Below are positions 18,875-28,644 of a stretch of DNA of 64,000 nucleotides, piece by piece. Location: the sequence record NC_019500.1, one strand, 5' to 3'. The translations under genes and the position numbers were made by a program. Every line of letters begins with the position of its first letter. The first letter of the stretch is position 1. Under the pieces are notes generated by a model. That model worked only from the letters and a program-made list of their open reading frames with translations. It did not search any database and was not told the origin of the DNA. This DNA comes from Escherichia phage Bp7.

Positions 18875-19263
18875 TGAATATCAATAAAATGTATTCAGAT
18901 TTAGACCCTGAAATGAGGACGTCTTGGAATAGAGACGTCGCTAAAGCTACAGGTGCTCGCGCAGTAAAAAATAGTTTGTTAGGCATTATTACTACTCGCA
19001 AAGGTTCACGCCCTTTTATGCCAGAATTCGGTTGTGATATCAGTAACCAACTGTTTGAGAATATTACTCCACTAATCACGGATACCATTAAGCGTAATAT
19101 AGTTTCCGCTGTGCGGAACTTCGAACCCAGAATTTCTACCCTGGCTGTAGGTGTGACACCTGTGTACGATGATAACTCGATTATAGTGACGGTTCAGTTT
19201 AGTATAGTTGATGACCCTGATACATTAGAGCAAATTAGAATCCAACTCTCACAGAGTGGTTAA
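18874..19263 (+). CDS. 25: baseplate wedge subunit (lysozyme-like fold)
   Basis: 129 aa; SLLGIITTRKGSRPF...EFGCD strongly matches remembered T4 gp25. Confidence 0.92.
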   Translation: MNINKMYSDLDPEMRTSWNRDVAKATGARAVKNSLLGIITTRKGSRPFMPEFGCDISNQLFENITPLITDTIKRNIVSAVRNFEPRISTLAVGVTPVYDDNSIIVTVQFSIVDDPDTLEQIRIQLSQSG

Positions 19264-19321
19264 TTGCTGTTCAATTGAATAGTGTATAATGGTCCTATGG
19301 TTATTACACAGGAAACATGCG

Positions 19322-19756
19322 ATGAGTAAAGAGATTGAATATAAATTAGAGTCGTTTCAAGATGCTTTGGATGAAGATTTAAAGATTGATGGGACTCGTT
19401 TACAGTACGAAGTACAGAACAACGTTTTGCTGCACAGCAAATGGCTAAGGCTGTATACGAATTGTAAGAAAGAAATAATGAGATTAGAAATCCAGAAAAA
19501 GACCTCACTTAAGAAGCGATTAGATTTCTACACGGGCCGTGGAGAGCCTGGTGATGAGGTTTGTATGGACCAATATGAGAAGTCTGAATTAAAGACCGTT
19601 ATGGCTGCGGATTCTAGTGTAATTAAAATCGACACATCAATTCAGTATTGGGCTTTATTACAAGACTTTTGTAGTTCAGCACTTGATGCTATTAAGGCGC
19701 GTGGTTTTAACCTTAAGACCATGCATGAGATGAGACAATTTGAGGCAGGTAAATAA
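19322..19756 (+). CDS. uvsY: recombination mediator protein UvsY
   Basis: Start at MSKEIEYK; LQYEVQNN...RLD.Y.GRG...YEKSE.KTV matches remembered T4 UvsY. Confidence 0.9.
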   Translation: MSKEIEYKLESFQDALDEDLKIDGTRLQYEVQNNVLLHSKWLRLYTNCKKEIMRLEIQKKTSLKKRLDFYTGRGEPGDEVCMDQYEKSELKTVMAADSSVIKIDTSIQYWALLQDFCSSALDAIKARGFNLKTMHEMRQFEAGK

Positions 19757-19854
19757 TGAGACGTACTAAAAATACCAAACCCATTAAAGTAGATGCCGAT
19801 AAAATGAAACTTCTTCAAGAATTCATTAATGCCGCTTTATCAAGTAATAAATAG
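19756..19854 (+). CDS. small ORF in uvsY.-1 position (32 aa)
   Basis: TAATG coupling to uvsY stop. Confidence 0.35.
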   Translation: MRRTKNTKPIKVDADKMKLLQEFINAALSSNK

Positions 19855-19882
19855 ATATGTAAGTTAAACTAAGGAGACAATC

Positions 19883-20050
19883 ATGTCAGATAAGATTTGC
19901 GTTGTCTGTAAAACTCCAATCGATGCTGCATTGGTTGTTGAAACAGAAAAAGGTCCGGTTCATCCGGGTTCATGTTATAATTACGTTCAAAGCCTGCCTG
20001 TTACGGAAAACACTGAAGAACAGCTGAACGAAACCCAATTACTACTTTAG
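19883..20050 (+). CDS. small Cys-containing protein in uvsY.-2 position (55 aa)
   Basis: AAGGAG RBS; CVVCK...HPGSC. Confidence 0.5.
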   Translation: MSDKICVVCKTPIDAALVVETEKGPVHPGSCYNYVQSLPVTENTEEQLNETQLLL

Positions 20051-20077
20051 TCTAGTGAGTCTAGCCCTTTAGGGTTA

Positions 20078-20108
20078 CCGGCCCTTCCGAAAGGTTGGGC
20101 CTTTTTTG
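20078..20108 (+). terminator. GC-rich hairpin followed by TTTTTTG
   Basis: ccggcccttccgaaaggttgggcc then T-run. Confidence 0.5.
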
Positions 20109-20109
20109 T

Positions 20110-20337
20110 TTAGAAATCTTCCTCTTCCTCGTCGTCCATCGACTCCAATTCAGCTCTCTTACCAGCCAATGCATCACGCACGCTAATATCATCCGAATCA
20201 CGAAGTTCGGCTTCCTTACTACGAGTTTTGTAATACTTTTCCAATTCCTTCAGACCATCCATAGTCTGACAAGAACCAATTTTAGCCATGAAGCTTTCAA
20301 TAGATGCTTCCTGAATAACTTCTTTAAAGGTTTTCAT
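20110..20337 (-). CDS. UvsW.1-like small acidic protein
   Basis: 75 aa with acidic tail DDEEEEDF; position relative to uvsW. Confidence 0.55.
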   Translation of the reverse strand: MKTFKEVIQEASIESFMAKIGSCQTMDGLKELEKYYKTRSKEAELRDSDDISVRDALAGKRAELESMDDEEEEDF

Positions 20338-21116
20338 AATATTTCCTCGAAAAATTTGGTAACCATTTTACCGTAATGCACATTAGGATAACCGGCTTTA
20401 ATGGCTTCTTTTGTAAATTTACCAACTTTAAGCTTTCCTGTATTTATCCAAAGCTCTTTAAGCTCATCATACATTAACCAGTGTGGATATTTCTTAGCCA
20501 AAGTAGCTTGCCAATTTTTAGAATGGTCCTCAGACCTAAACGATTTCTTTACACCTTTATTGGCTTTGCCAGCTTTTGAACACGTTTCATAATCTCCGGC
20601 TTTAATAGGTGTAAATCCTTTCATTGCTTTAGACCTTTTGGCTATGGTCTCTTTGGATTGCTTGGAGCCTTTATTTTTGGTCCAAGCCTTTTCTAAAGCT
20701 TTTAATTTGGCTTCTGTTAATCCAACTTTAGCCATAGCTTTTCGGTGTATTTCTCTTCGTTCATCAGTCCATTCATAAGAACCGTTTGTATTACCAATCA
20801 TGGCTTCGCTTATTAATCTAGAAGCATTTTCTTTTAAAATGGAAATAGACCTAGAGCTTATCTCATTTAATCTTTTGCCACATGTCATACCAAATGCGGC
20901 ACGCCATAATTTTCCACCTTGAGCTTTAGCCAAGATTATATGGCCCAAAATATGTTCCCTAATAGTCAATGCAACTAAATTGTTAGGGTCATCGGAACCA
21001 CCTATCGACTTAGGAATAATATGATGAATTTCGATTTTACAGGGCGCAGTAGCTTTGGTCCATCCTCTGGACCTAGCATTCTCTATTAAATCATCGTAAA
21101 TTTTCTGATAATTCAA
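20334..21116 (-). CDS. HNH homing endonuclease (free-standing, Mob-like)
   Basis: HNH motif IEIHHIIPKSIGGSDDPNNLVALTIREH; apparent TTG start overlapping uvsW stop and TGA stop overlapping uvsW.1 ATG. Confidence 0.8.
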   Translation of the reverse strand: MNYQKIYDDLIENARSRGWTKATAPCKIEIHHIIPKSIGGSDDPNNLVALTIREHILGHIILAKAQGGKLWRAAFGMTCGKRLNEISSRSISILKENASRLISEAMIGNTNGSYEWTDERREIHRKAMAKVGLTEAKLKALEKAWTKNKGSKQSKETIAKRSKAMKGFTPIKAGDYETCSKAGKANKGVKKSFRSEDHSKNWQATLAKKYPHWLMYDELKELWINTGKLKVGKFTKEAIKAGYPNVHYGKMVTKFFEEIL

Positions 21117-22616
21117 AGCTGCACCTCTTTCATAACATAATTAAATTTCTCGTCGGCGTATCGTTGTATACGTTCCAATCCATGTTTCAGGCAATAATTT
21201 AAATGAACATATTTCTTTTTAGAATCTTTAGATTTAGGGCGGACTCCCATATCATCCACGAGGTCCCAGACTTGGGCCACTTGTTTGCTATCGTGCTTAC
21301 GTAGAACACGCCCAATTGTTTGCAGAACAATGATTTTAGATTTTACGCCGTGAGCAAATACAACGTGGTGAAGGTTCTTAACGGAAATACCAGTAGAGAA
21401 CACACCATAACTTGCCACAACAATAATACCCTTACCATTTTCCGCCATTACTTTCAGAGCATTACGCGTTTCGGTATTAACTTCACCTGATACGTAATAA
21501 ACTTCTTTATGTTGCTCTTTAACCATTTCAAAAAGAGTTTTACCGTGTTCGATGTTTTTAAACATCAGGAATACGTTCTCTTCTTTCTTAGCGAGTTTAA
21601 CAGCTAAATTAGCAACCCATTTATTACGACGAGTAGCCTTAGTAATGACCTTGATTTCTGATTGGTAATCTTTACCTTTCATCTTAACAGTGAATTCGTC
21701 TGGGTATCGAAGGAAAATACTGTTGATTTTAAGGTCGGTAACCTGTCCTTCTTCCATTAACTGGGAAGTGGATACCGGCTTAAACACATCACCAAACAAA
21801 CCCATATATTGCATTAAATTAGCTTTACCATCTTTTAAAGAACCAGACAAACCGAATTTAAACATACAGTTGGTTAGGCCTTCGATGATAGTAGAAATAG
21901 ATTTACCTGTAGCCAAATGGCATTCGTCGTTCATAAACATACCGAACTGAGCAAACCATTCTTTAGGTTGCTTGATAGCAGTTTGATAAGTTGAAACGTA
22001 AATCATTGCATCAGAATCACGAGCAGTACCTGAACGAATACCAAGCATTGCTGCTTTAGGGAACAATCGATAATCGATGAAGTCATTAATCATCTGGTCG
22101 ACAAGTGCAGTAGTAGGAACCAGAATAAGGATTTTACCTTCATAGTTCTCAACGTAATATCGACTCAGGAGCGCCTGGATTAATGATTTACCTGCGGATG
22201 TAGGTAAATTCAGAATTGCACGACGTTTTGTCAGGCCGTTGTATACGGCTTCATTCTGATACCAATGAGGCTCAATCTTGGTAGACCCTGAATAAATTTC
22301 TTGAGAAGCTACCCATGAATCAAAATCTTCACGAGAAATATCTTCCTGTTCAAGAATACGCGGGTCAATCCACAGAGAATATTCAAATTGTTCAGCGAAC
22401 TTTTTAATTTGAGGGACAAGTCCATAAGGGCAAGTTTACGGCAGTTACGTAATCTAGAAGAAGAAGACTTCCATCCCATTGCCCATAACGAAATTTAGGG
22501 TTGAATTTATATCCATCGGCTTCAAAGCTAAAATAGTCTCTGAGTTCGTAGAATGTGGATTCATCACACTCAATACGAACATGACTAAAATTATCGAAAT
22601 GTACTTGAATTTGCAT
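21113..22616 (-). CDS. uvsW: UvsW DNA/RNA helicase with apparent +1 frameshift near 22428-22430
   Basis: N-terminal 55 aa in one frame, rest (Walker A PTSAGKS, DECH, QTIGRVLR) in adjacent frame; switch at a GGG run. Confidence 0.8.
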
Positions 22617-22630
22617 AAGTAATTCTCAGT

Positions 22631-22652
22631 TATAAATATAGTTATATTTATA
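22631..22652. promoter_or_regulatory. divergent late promoters (TATAAATA each strand) for uvsW and the inh/hoc side
   Basis: gtTATAAATAtagttatatttatac read directly. Confidence 0.45.
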
Positions 22653-22671
22653 CACCAACAAGAGACTAATT

Positions 22672-23343
22672 ATGGATACTCAATATATTGAAGAGCTTCG
22701 TGCACTCGAAGATAAAAAAGAAGCTAAAGCTAAGTTAATCGAATACGGCGAACAGTTCGGTTTAAAACTTAAGAAAACCCGTTCGTTTGATAATTTGATT
22801 ATCGATATCTCTGAAGGCCTTAAAGCCCTGGCTGATGAACCACTTCCAGAAACCGAAGGGTTGTCTATTTCTGATTTGATTGATGCTGATAACGAACTCA
22901 CCGGTGGTAATGACTTTATCGAAGGTGTAGAACCAGCTAAAGAAGAAGCCACCCTGTTGTTCGATGCTCCTGAGGCTGTAGTCGAAGTCATTGAGGTAGC
23001 CGAACTTCCTAAGGTCGAGATTATTGAAGAAGATGTCCCATTTGACGAAGAGAAATTCAAAGAGGCTGTAGCCAAGGTTGTTGAATTGGAAAAACCTGTA
23101 TTCTCTTTACCTGAAAACTTCAGCCCTAATCTTTTGCTTATCGGTAAGAACCCTGGCTATTGCACCGTTCCTTGGTGGATTTACCAATGGATTTCTGAGA
23201 CCCCGGATTGGAAAGAACGTCCAACTGCTTTCCAACATCCTTCTGCCCACCAAACATTATTTAGTCTGATTTATTACATTAATCGTAATGGTTCAGTATT
23301 AGTACGTGAAACTCGTAACTCATCTTTTGTCACTTTAAAATAA
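22672..23343 (+). CDS. probable Inh (prohead protease inhibitor)-like acidic protein
   Basis: 223 aa in the position adjacent to hoc; size similar to T4 Inh; assignment positional. Confidence 0.5.
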   Translation: MDTQYIEELRALEDKKEAKAKLIEYGEQFGLKLKKTRSFDNLIIDISEGLKALADEPLPETEGLSISDLIDADNELTGGNDFIEGVEPAKEEATLLFDAPEAVVEVIEVAELPKVEIIEEDVPFDEEKFKEAVAKVVELEKPVFSLPENFSPNLLLIGKNPGYCTVPWWIYQWISETPDWKERPTAFQHPSAHQTLFSLIYYINRNGSVLVRETRNSSFVTLK

Positions 23344-23352
23344 GGGTTTATT

Positions 23353-24201
23353 ATGGCTTATACCGTAGATATGGCTCCTTTGGCGGCTACGGCCGTTATT
23401 GGAGCAACAACCAATTTCACTGCGACCGGTTCCGGTGCTGCAGCTGAAGGTACCGAATCATTTGTCTGGACCGTTGATGGCGTTCCTCAATCTTCTGTGA
23501 CTGCTGCAATGGATTATGTTGCTGTTGGCCCGGCAGGCAGCAAGACTATTAAAGTTGTTGCAACAACTACACCGGCGGACGGCGAACCAGAAACAGCTGA
23601 AGCCGAAACAACTTTAACTATCCAGAATAAAACCATTTCCGGTGTTTCTGTGACATTAACCCCAGCTTCGATTAATGTTCCGGAAGGCACTCCAGCTTCT
23701 TTTAAAGCGGATGTGGTCGGCGCTCCTGCTGGTGCTACTTTTGCCTATTCTTGGAAGAAAGACGGTTCTCCTGTAGTTGGCACCACGGATACTCTAGCAA
23801 TCGATACAAGCACTGAAGGTTCACAGGTTATTGAAGTTTCTGTTGTGGTTTCGGCGACTGATTATAACCCGGCGACTGTCACAAAAACCGGTAATGTAAC
23901 AGTCACGGCTAAAGTCGCACCGGTTCCGGATGGCGAATTACCTTACGTTCATCCACTCCCTGTTCGTAATTCAGCATATATTTGGGTTGGTTGGTGGGTT
24001 ATGGATGAAATCCAGAAAATGACTCTTGAAGGCAAAGACTGGAAAACAGATGACCCGGATAGCCCGTATTATTTGCACCGATATACACTTCAAAAAATGA
24101 TTACCGACTATCCAGAGGTTGATGTACAAGAATCTCGTAATGGTCGAATTATTCATCGCACCGCTTTAGAAGCTGGTATTATATACGATTACGTTTACTA
24201 A
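23353..24201 (+). CDS. hoc: Hoc outer capsid decoration protein (short form)
   Basis: Ig-like Thr/Val-rich repeats plus C-terminal capsid-binding region YVHPLPVRNSAYIWVGWWVMDEIQKM matching remembered T4 Hoc. Confidence 0.85.
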   Translation: MAYTVDMAPLAATAVIGATTNFTATGSGAAAEGTESFVWTVDGVPQSSVTAAMDYVAVGPAGSKTIKVVATTTPADGEPETAEAETTLTIQNKTISGVSVTLTPASINVPEGTPASFKADVVGAPAGATFAYSWKKDGSPVVGTTDTLAIDTSTEGSQVIEVSVVVSATDYNPATVTKTGNVTVTAKVAPVPDGELPYVHPLPVRNSAYIWVGWWVMDEIQKMTLEGKDWKTDDPDSPYYLHRYTLQKMITDYPEVDVQESRNGRIIHRTALEAGIIYDYVY

Positions 24202-24204
24202 TTA

Positions 24205-24224
24205 TGGGCCGCAAGGCCCATTTT
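24205..24224 (+). terminator. hairpin TGGGCCGCAAGGCCCA plus TTTT
   Basis: Read directly. Confidence 0.55.
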
Positions 24225-24517
24225 GCATTAAAGTACAAAATTCCTGTTTACAAGGACTCTAGTCTATGTTAAGATGGGTTTACCAACTCAACGAGAGAAT
24301 TGTTATGGATAAGGTTAAAGTACATTTTTTACACGAATCCGGGTTGAATTTTATAGAAATTGCTAAAAAAATGGGCGGGACCGCTAAGGATATGGCCAAA
24401 GCATGGGTTGATGTAGAACAAGCCTAGAGCCAAATTTAAAGCGAAAGAAAAGGTTGTTTATCGTAAAAGATTGAACAACAAGGTTCGGCGCAAAGCGCGT
24501 TCTGGTTCAAAGTAATA

Positions 24518-24543
24518 TGCTTTAAATTTAGGTGTGATATAAT
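24518..24543 (+). promoter_or_regulatory. candidate middle promoter (MotA box TGCTTTA, 13-nt gap, -10 TATAAT) upstream of rnlB
   Basis: atatGCTTTAaatttaggtgtgaTATAAT. Confidence 0.45.
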
Positions 24544-24629
24544 GAGTCTAGGTCCTTCCGTTAAACCATTTGGCTTGGTGACAGAAGACTACTAGCTCTT
24601 CTATTTAATTATATTTATTATGGTGATTT

Positions 24630-25637
24630 ATGTTCAAGAAATATAGCAGTCTCGAAAACCACTACAACAGTAAGTTTATCGAAAAACTCCGTACTAATGG
24701 TTTGACTGGTGGTGAATGGGTAGCACGTGAGAAGATTCATGGAACCAACTTTAGTTTAATCATAGAACGTGACGCAGTCACATGCGCCAAGCGCACTGGC
24801 CCTATCCTCCCTGCTGAAGATTTCTATGGTTATGAAATTGTACTTAAGAACTACGCTGATTCTATTAAATCAGTTCAACATCTAATTGAATCGATTAATT
24901 ATCAGTCATACCAGATTTATGGCGAATTCGCTGGGACAGGTATCCAGAAGAATGTGGACTACGGCGATAAAGACTTTTATGTGTTCGATATCCGAGTTAC
25001 TAAAGAAGATGGCTCAGAATCTGTTCTAACCGATACATTGATGGAAGCCTTCTGTATTATCCATAAGTTTAAGGTAGCTCCATGTCTGGCCACTGGTAGC
25101 TTTGAAGACCTTATTAAACTTCCTAATGATTTTGATTCAGTTGTTCCTGATTATAATTTTGCAGTGGATAACGCAGGCTTAACTATTGCAAACTCAACCG
25201 ATTTTATTCCTAAGGTAGAAGGTAAGGTATTCACGGCTGAAGGCTTTGTATTGAAACCTGATGTTCCTACCTGGCTTCCAAACGGAAATCGTGTGGCGAT
25301 TAAATGTAAGAACTCTAAATTCAGCGAGAAGAAAAAGTCTGATAAGCCTATTAAAGTTGCAGTGGTTTTATCCCAAGATGATATGGATTTGATGTGGCAA
25401 TTCACTGATTATGTGACTGTTAACCGCATTAACAATGTCATCAGTAAGATTGGCGAAGTATCGCCGAAGGATTTCGGAAAGGTGATGGGCTTGACAGTCC
25501 AGGATATCCTTGAAGAAGCCGCCCGTGAAGAATTGGAATTAACTGATGCGGAAAATCCCGTTGAAGTTAAAAAGCAGCTCGTTGAGTGTGTAAAAGAAAC
25601 ATTAAGACATGTATGGATTGAACTAGTATCCAAATAA
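24630..25637 (+). CDS. rnlB: RNA ligase 2
   Basis: 335 aa; nucleotidyltransferase lysine motif EKIHGTNF; N-terminus matches remembered T4 Rnl2. Confidence 0.92.
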   Translation: MFKKYSSLENHYNSKFIEKLRTNGLTGGEWVAREKIHGTNFSLIIERDAVTCAKRTGPILPAEDFYGYEIVLKNYADSIKSVQHLIESINYQSYQIYGEFAGTGIQKNVDYGDKDFYVFDIRVTKEDGSESVLTDTLMEAFCIIHKFKVAPCLATGSFEDLIKLPNDFDSVVPDYNFAVDNAGLTIANSTDFIPKVEGKVFTAEGFVLKPDVPTWLPNGNRVAIKCKNSKFSEKKKSDKPIKVAVVLSQDDMDLMWQFTDYVTVNRINNVISKIGEVSPKDFGKVMGLTVQDILEEAAREELELTDAENPVEVKKQLVECVKETLRHVWIELVSK

Positions 25638-25663
25638 ACGATAAAGGGACCGTAAGGTCCCTT

Positions 25664-26944
25664 TTATTTTTCTAAAGGCGGTAATTTTACGCCGAGATAA
25701 GAACTCAATTGACTTTGATTAGCCATTTTGTCCATATCAGAACCATCAATAATGCGGGCTTCTTTATCGTCCTTAGCGACGGTATAAGGGTTTGCAGTCA
25801 ATGCATAACGAGCAAGCAATGCTACTGTAGGTTGTAAGCTTTCCGGGTCAACAATAACCTTAAATTCACCAACTGAAGTATCACCTTCTTCGTCAACCAC
25901 ATTCAAACCTTCCGTATAAGGCGCATAATATAAAGATGCGACCGTCTGTCCTTCACCCATCTGGGCATTTACACCAACAATAACATAATCACATGGACTA
26001 TTCATATCAGCATAAAGTGGTAGGCCATTCTTTAATATACCATAAGCCAATTCGTCCTGGTCTTCCTTTTTCTCAACCCAACCAGAGGCGGCGAGAATAG
26101 CAGCACAACGAGAACTAGCTACTGCATAAGTCCCGGCAAAAGAAGTCTGTCGTTGGACGGCAGAGTTCATCTCACACATATAATAATATAATGTGCGAGC
26201 ACGGTCCTGGGCATTATCGTAGCGAGGGTTGGTAAGGTCTAATACACCCTTTTCAGAAACACCCTGGACTTTAAAACGAGAGCTCACGGTAATTAATGAC
26301 TGTAATACATCCTTATTAATTTCTTCTGCCATTTGAATGCCTAGCAGATTTTCAACGAAATTAGGAGCATTAAACCCGTTAGATTCTAGGTCTTGGGCTA
26401 ATTCGACTGTCAATGAAGTTTTCAGTTTACGTGATTTAACTTCAGATTGCCATTTGTCGATGCGGAATCCGGTTTCAGCAATTTCAGGATGGCCTTGTTC
26501 AAATTTAGAAGTAATAGCAGCATCCGACACCATACGGATATGGCCGGCTGCCACTGCTTCAGAAATAACTTCGCTGAGGTTGGTTTCTGTGGTTCCGGCG
26601 AAAGGAGATGCTTCTAGAACTTTAAACACTACGCTTTCAAACTGGAACATATCACCGACCGCATAAGCTGTAGATGAATCAGTAAATTCTGGAATATTTT
26701 CACGTTCCGTCATACCAATCTGGCCCGCAAATGTTGCTCCACCAAGATAAGTCATTTTGTCGTCAGGGTTCAGTACACGTACCCCATACAGAGCAGCAAC
26801 CGGTTGATTTGTTTTTTGTTCAGCAACTAGGGCTTTAAAGATTCGTTTATTAGTTGCTTGGGTGTATGAAAGAAGAGCAGGACGGCCAACCGAGCTGGCA
26901 GCCGTCAATGTGGATTCTTTAATTAGGTCTACAATCTTAGACAT
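25664..26944 (-). CDS. gp24-like head vertex protein, divergent paralog
   Basis: 426 aa; shares LQSLITVS, VELAQDLESNGF, LARYALTANPYTVAKDDKEARIIDGSDMDKMA with adjacent gp24 at roughly half identity. Confidence 0.85.
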   Translation of the reverse strand: MSKIVDLIKESTLTAASSVGRPALLSYTQATNKRIFKALVAEQKTNQPVAALYGVRVLNPDDKMTYLGGATFAGQIGMTERENIPEFTDSSTAYAVGDMFQFESVVFKVLEASPFAGTTETNLSEVISEAVAAGHIRMVSDAAITSKFEQGHPEIAETGFRIDKWQSEVKSRKLKTSLTVELAQDLESNGFNAPNFVENLLGIQMAEEINKDVLQSLITVSSRFKVQGVSEKGVLDLTNPRYDNAQDRARTLYYYMCEMNSAVQRQTSFAGTYAVASSRCAAILAASGWVEKKEDQDELAYGILKNGLPLYADMNSPCDYVIVGVNAQMGEGQTVASLYYAPYTEGLNVVDEEGDTSVGEFKVIVDPESLQPTVALLARYALTANPYTVAKDDKEARIIDGSDMDKMANQSQLSSYLGVKLPPLEK

Positions 26945-28227
26945 TAATCAGCCTCGTAAATAATTGCCGGAAGTTTAACGCCAACCAGATAAGACATATT
27001 GCTCTGTCCAGCCATTAAATCCATATTGGTTGCATCGATAACACGAGCTTCTTTATCGTCTTTAGCCACGGTGTACGGGTTAGCTGATAGTGCATAACGA
27101 ACCATCAGAGAAATAGAAGGTTGTAATGAATCCGGGTCAACAATAACCTTATAAGCACCGACGTGTTCTTGGTCATCTAAATCTAAGCCTTCGGTATAGG
27201 GAGCGTAGAAAATAGAACCGACAACTTCATTACCGCCGTAATTCTCTTTAACACCAACGGTAACATAATCTAATGGACTGTTAACGTCACAAAACAGAGG
27301 CAGACCATTCAACAAATATCCGTATGCAGTTTCCGGAAGCCAATTATTATCTTCGGGTTTATGTTTTAACCAGCCAGAACCTGCAAGCATTGCAGCCACA
27401 CGACTTGAAGCCACAACAAACGTGCCAGAATAAGAAGTAGTTTTCTGGATTTCAGAATTCATCTCACAAACGAGTTCATAAAGTTTACGTGCAGATTCAG
27501 GAGCACTGTCATAAGACAAATCGATGATGCCGTTATCAGATACACCAGTAACTTTATAACGTTTGGATACGGTTATTAGAGATTGCAGAACGTCTTTATT
27601 AATTTCATCTGCCATTACTGTAGCCAAGAGGTCTTCTAAGAACGCCGGCGCGTCAAAGCCATTTGATTCCATATCCTGCGCTAATTCTACAGTCAAAGCC
27701 GTCTTCAATTTACGGGTCTTAACCGGAGCATTCCATTTATTAACCTGGAATACGGCATCAGAGATTTCTACATCACTCGCTTCAAATTTAGTGGTATGGG
27801 CAGCATCAGGAACCAGACGACATGTTAATGACACTAAACCTTCTTGAAGAGCATCAGCCAATTCTGTGGCGCTAGTGGACGCGAGTGGGCTTGCTTTAAG
27901 AGCCTTATAAACCACATTCTGATACTTGAAATATTCACCCTGAGCAATCGCCTGGGCCTTATCTGTGAGTTCTGGGATAGTTTCACGGTCTTTAGAACCA
28001 ACTTCACCACCATAAGAGGCACCTGTCTGGAAACTAAATTCATTATCAGGGGTAAGATATTTGACACCATACAGTGCAGCAATAGGCTGGCTAGTACGTT
28101 GTTCGGCGATAATATCACGGTAAATCAATTTGGTTGTAGCACGGGTCAAAGCAACAAGATTAGGGCGACCCAATGAGTTGCTGGAAGTAGTTGTTGACTC
28201 GCGCAGTAATTCGTTAATCTTTGCCAT
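26944..28227 (-). CDS. 24: head vertex protein gp24
   Basis: 427 aa; MAKINELLRESTTT... matches remembered T4 gp24. Confidence 0.9.
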   Translation of the reverse strand: MAKINELLRESTTTSSNSLGRPNLVALTRATTKLIYRDIIAEQRTSQPIAALYGVKYLTPDNEFSFQTGASYGGEVGSKDRETIPELTDKAQAIAQGEYFKYQNVVYKALKASPLASTSATELADALQEGLVSLTCRLVPDAAHTTKFEASDVEISDAVFQVNKWNAPVKTRKLKTALTVELAQDMESNGFDAPAFLEDLLATVMADEINKDVLQSLITVSKRYKVTGVSDNGIIDLSYDSAPESARKLYELVCEMNSEIQKTTSYSGTFVVASSRVAAMLAGSGWLKHKPEDNNWLPETAYGYLLNGLPLFCDVNSPLDYVTVGVKENYGGNEVVGSIFYAPYTEGLDLDDQEHVGAYKVIVDPDSLQPSISLMVRYALSANPYTVAKDDKEARVIDATNMDLMAGQSNMSYLVGVKLPAIIYEAD

Positions 28228-28255
28228 TGCGCTTTCCTTATTGAGGGTATATGTT

Positions 28256-28263
28256 TATTTATA
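28256..28263 (-). promoter_or_regulatory. late promoter TATAAATA for gene 24
   Basis: tatttata on plus strand just upstream of gp24 start. Confidence 0.45.
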
Positions 28264-28270
28264 AAAGTTG

Positions 28271-28299
28271 TTTACAGCAAGATTCTCACATGTTACTAT
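28271..28299 (+). promoter_or_regulatory. early promoter TTTACA-N17-TACTAT
   Basis: Read directly; drives the plus-strand ORF at 28329. Confidence 0.5.
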
Positions 28300-28328
28300 A
28301 GACCTATCAAAACATGAGGAGATTAAAA

Positions 28329-28595
28329 ATGAACAAGTTAAACTTTATTCGTACTACTCTTTCCGCTCTTGATAAAGACATCAAAGCTCTGGTAGAAAAA
28401 TTCGGTAACAATCCTAATGGTAATGCAGTGAATGCCTTAGTTAAGAAATACGAAGCCATGGCTTATGCTACCGACTTCTGGTGGAACGGTGAATACTCTA
28501 CCCATACCAAAGACAAATCTGGTAACTGGCTGAAAATCCAAGAAAATCGTATTGACTTCCGTGATATCATCAACCGCCGAGTTAAGATTGCATAA
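28329..28595 (+). CDS. hypothetical early protein inserted between late genes 23 and 24
   Basis: 88-aa ORF with GAGGAG RBS behind early promoter; opposite strand to flanking capsid genes. Confidence 0.5.
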   Translation: MNKLNFIRTTLSALDKDIKALVEKFGNNPNGNAVNALVKKYEAMAYATDFWWNGEYSTHTKDKSGNWLKIQENRIDFRDIINRRVKIA

Positions 28596-28608
28596 TACAG
28601 AAACAAGA

Positions 28609-28628
28609 ATGGGAGACCGAAGTCTCCC
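28609..28628. terminator. hairpin GGGAGAC-CGAA-GTCTCCC between convergent gene 23 and the small ORF
   Basis: Read directly; T-richer tail on minus side. Confidence 0.45.
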
Positions 28629-28644
28629 ATAATAAGGTTATATC

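Noticed and set aside
24305-24427. 40-aa ORF between hoc terminator and rnlB
   Set aside because: Very short, weak RBS, lies within a promoter-rich intergenic region; kept only as a possibility
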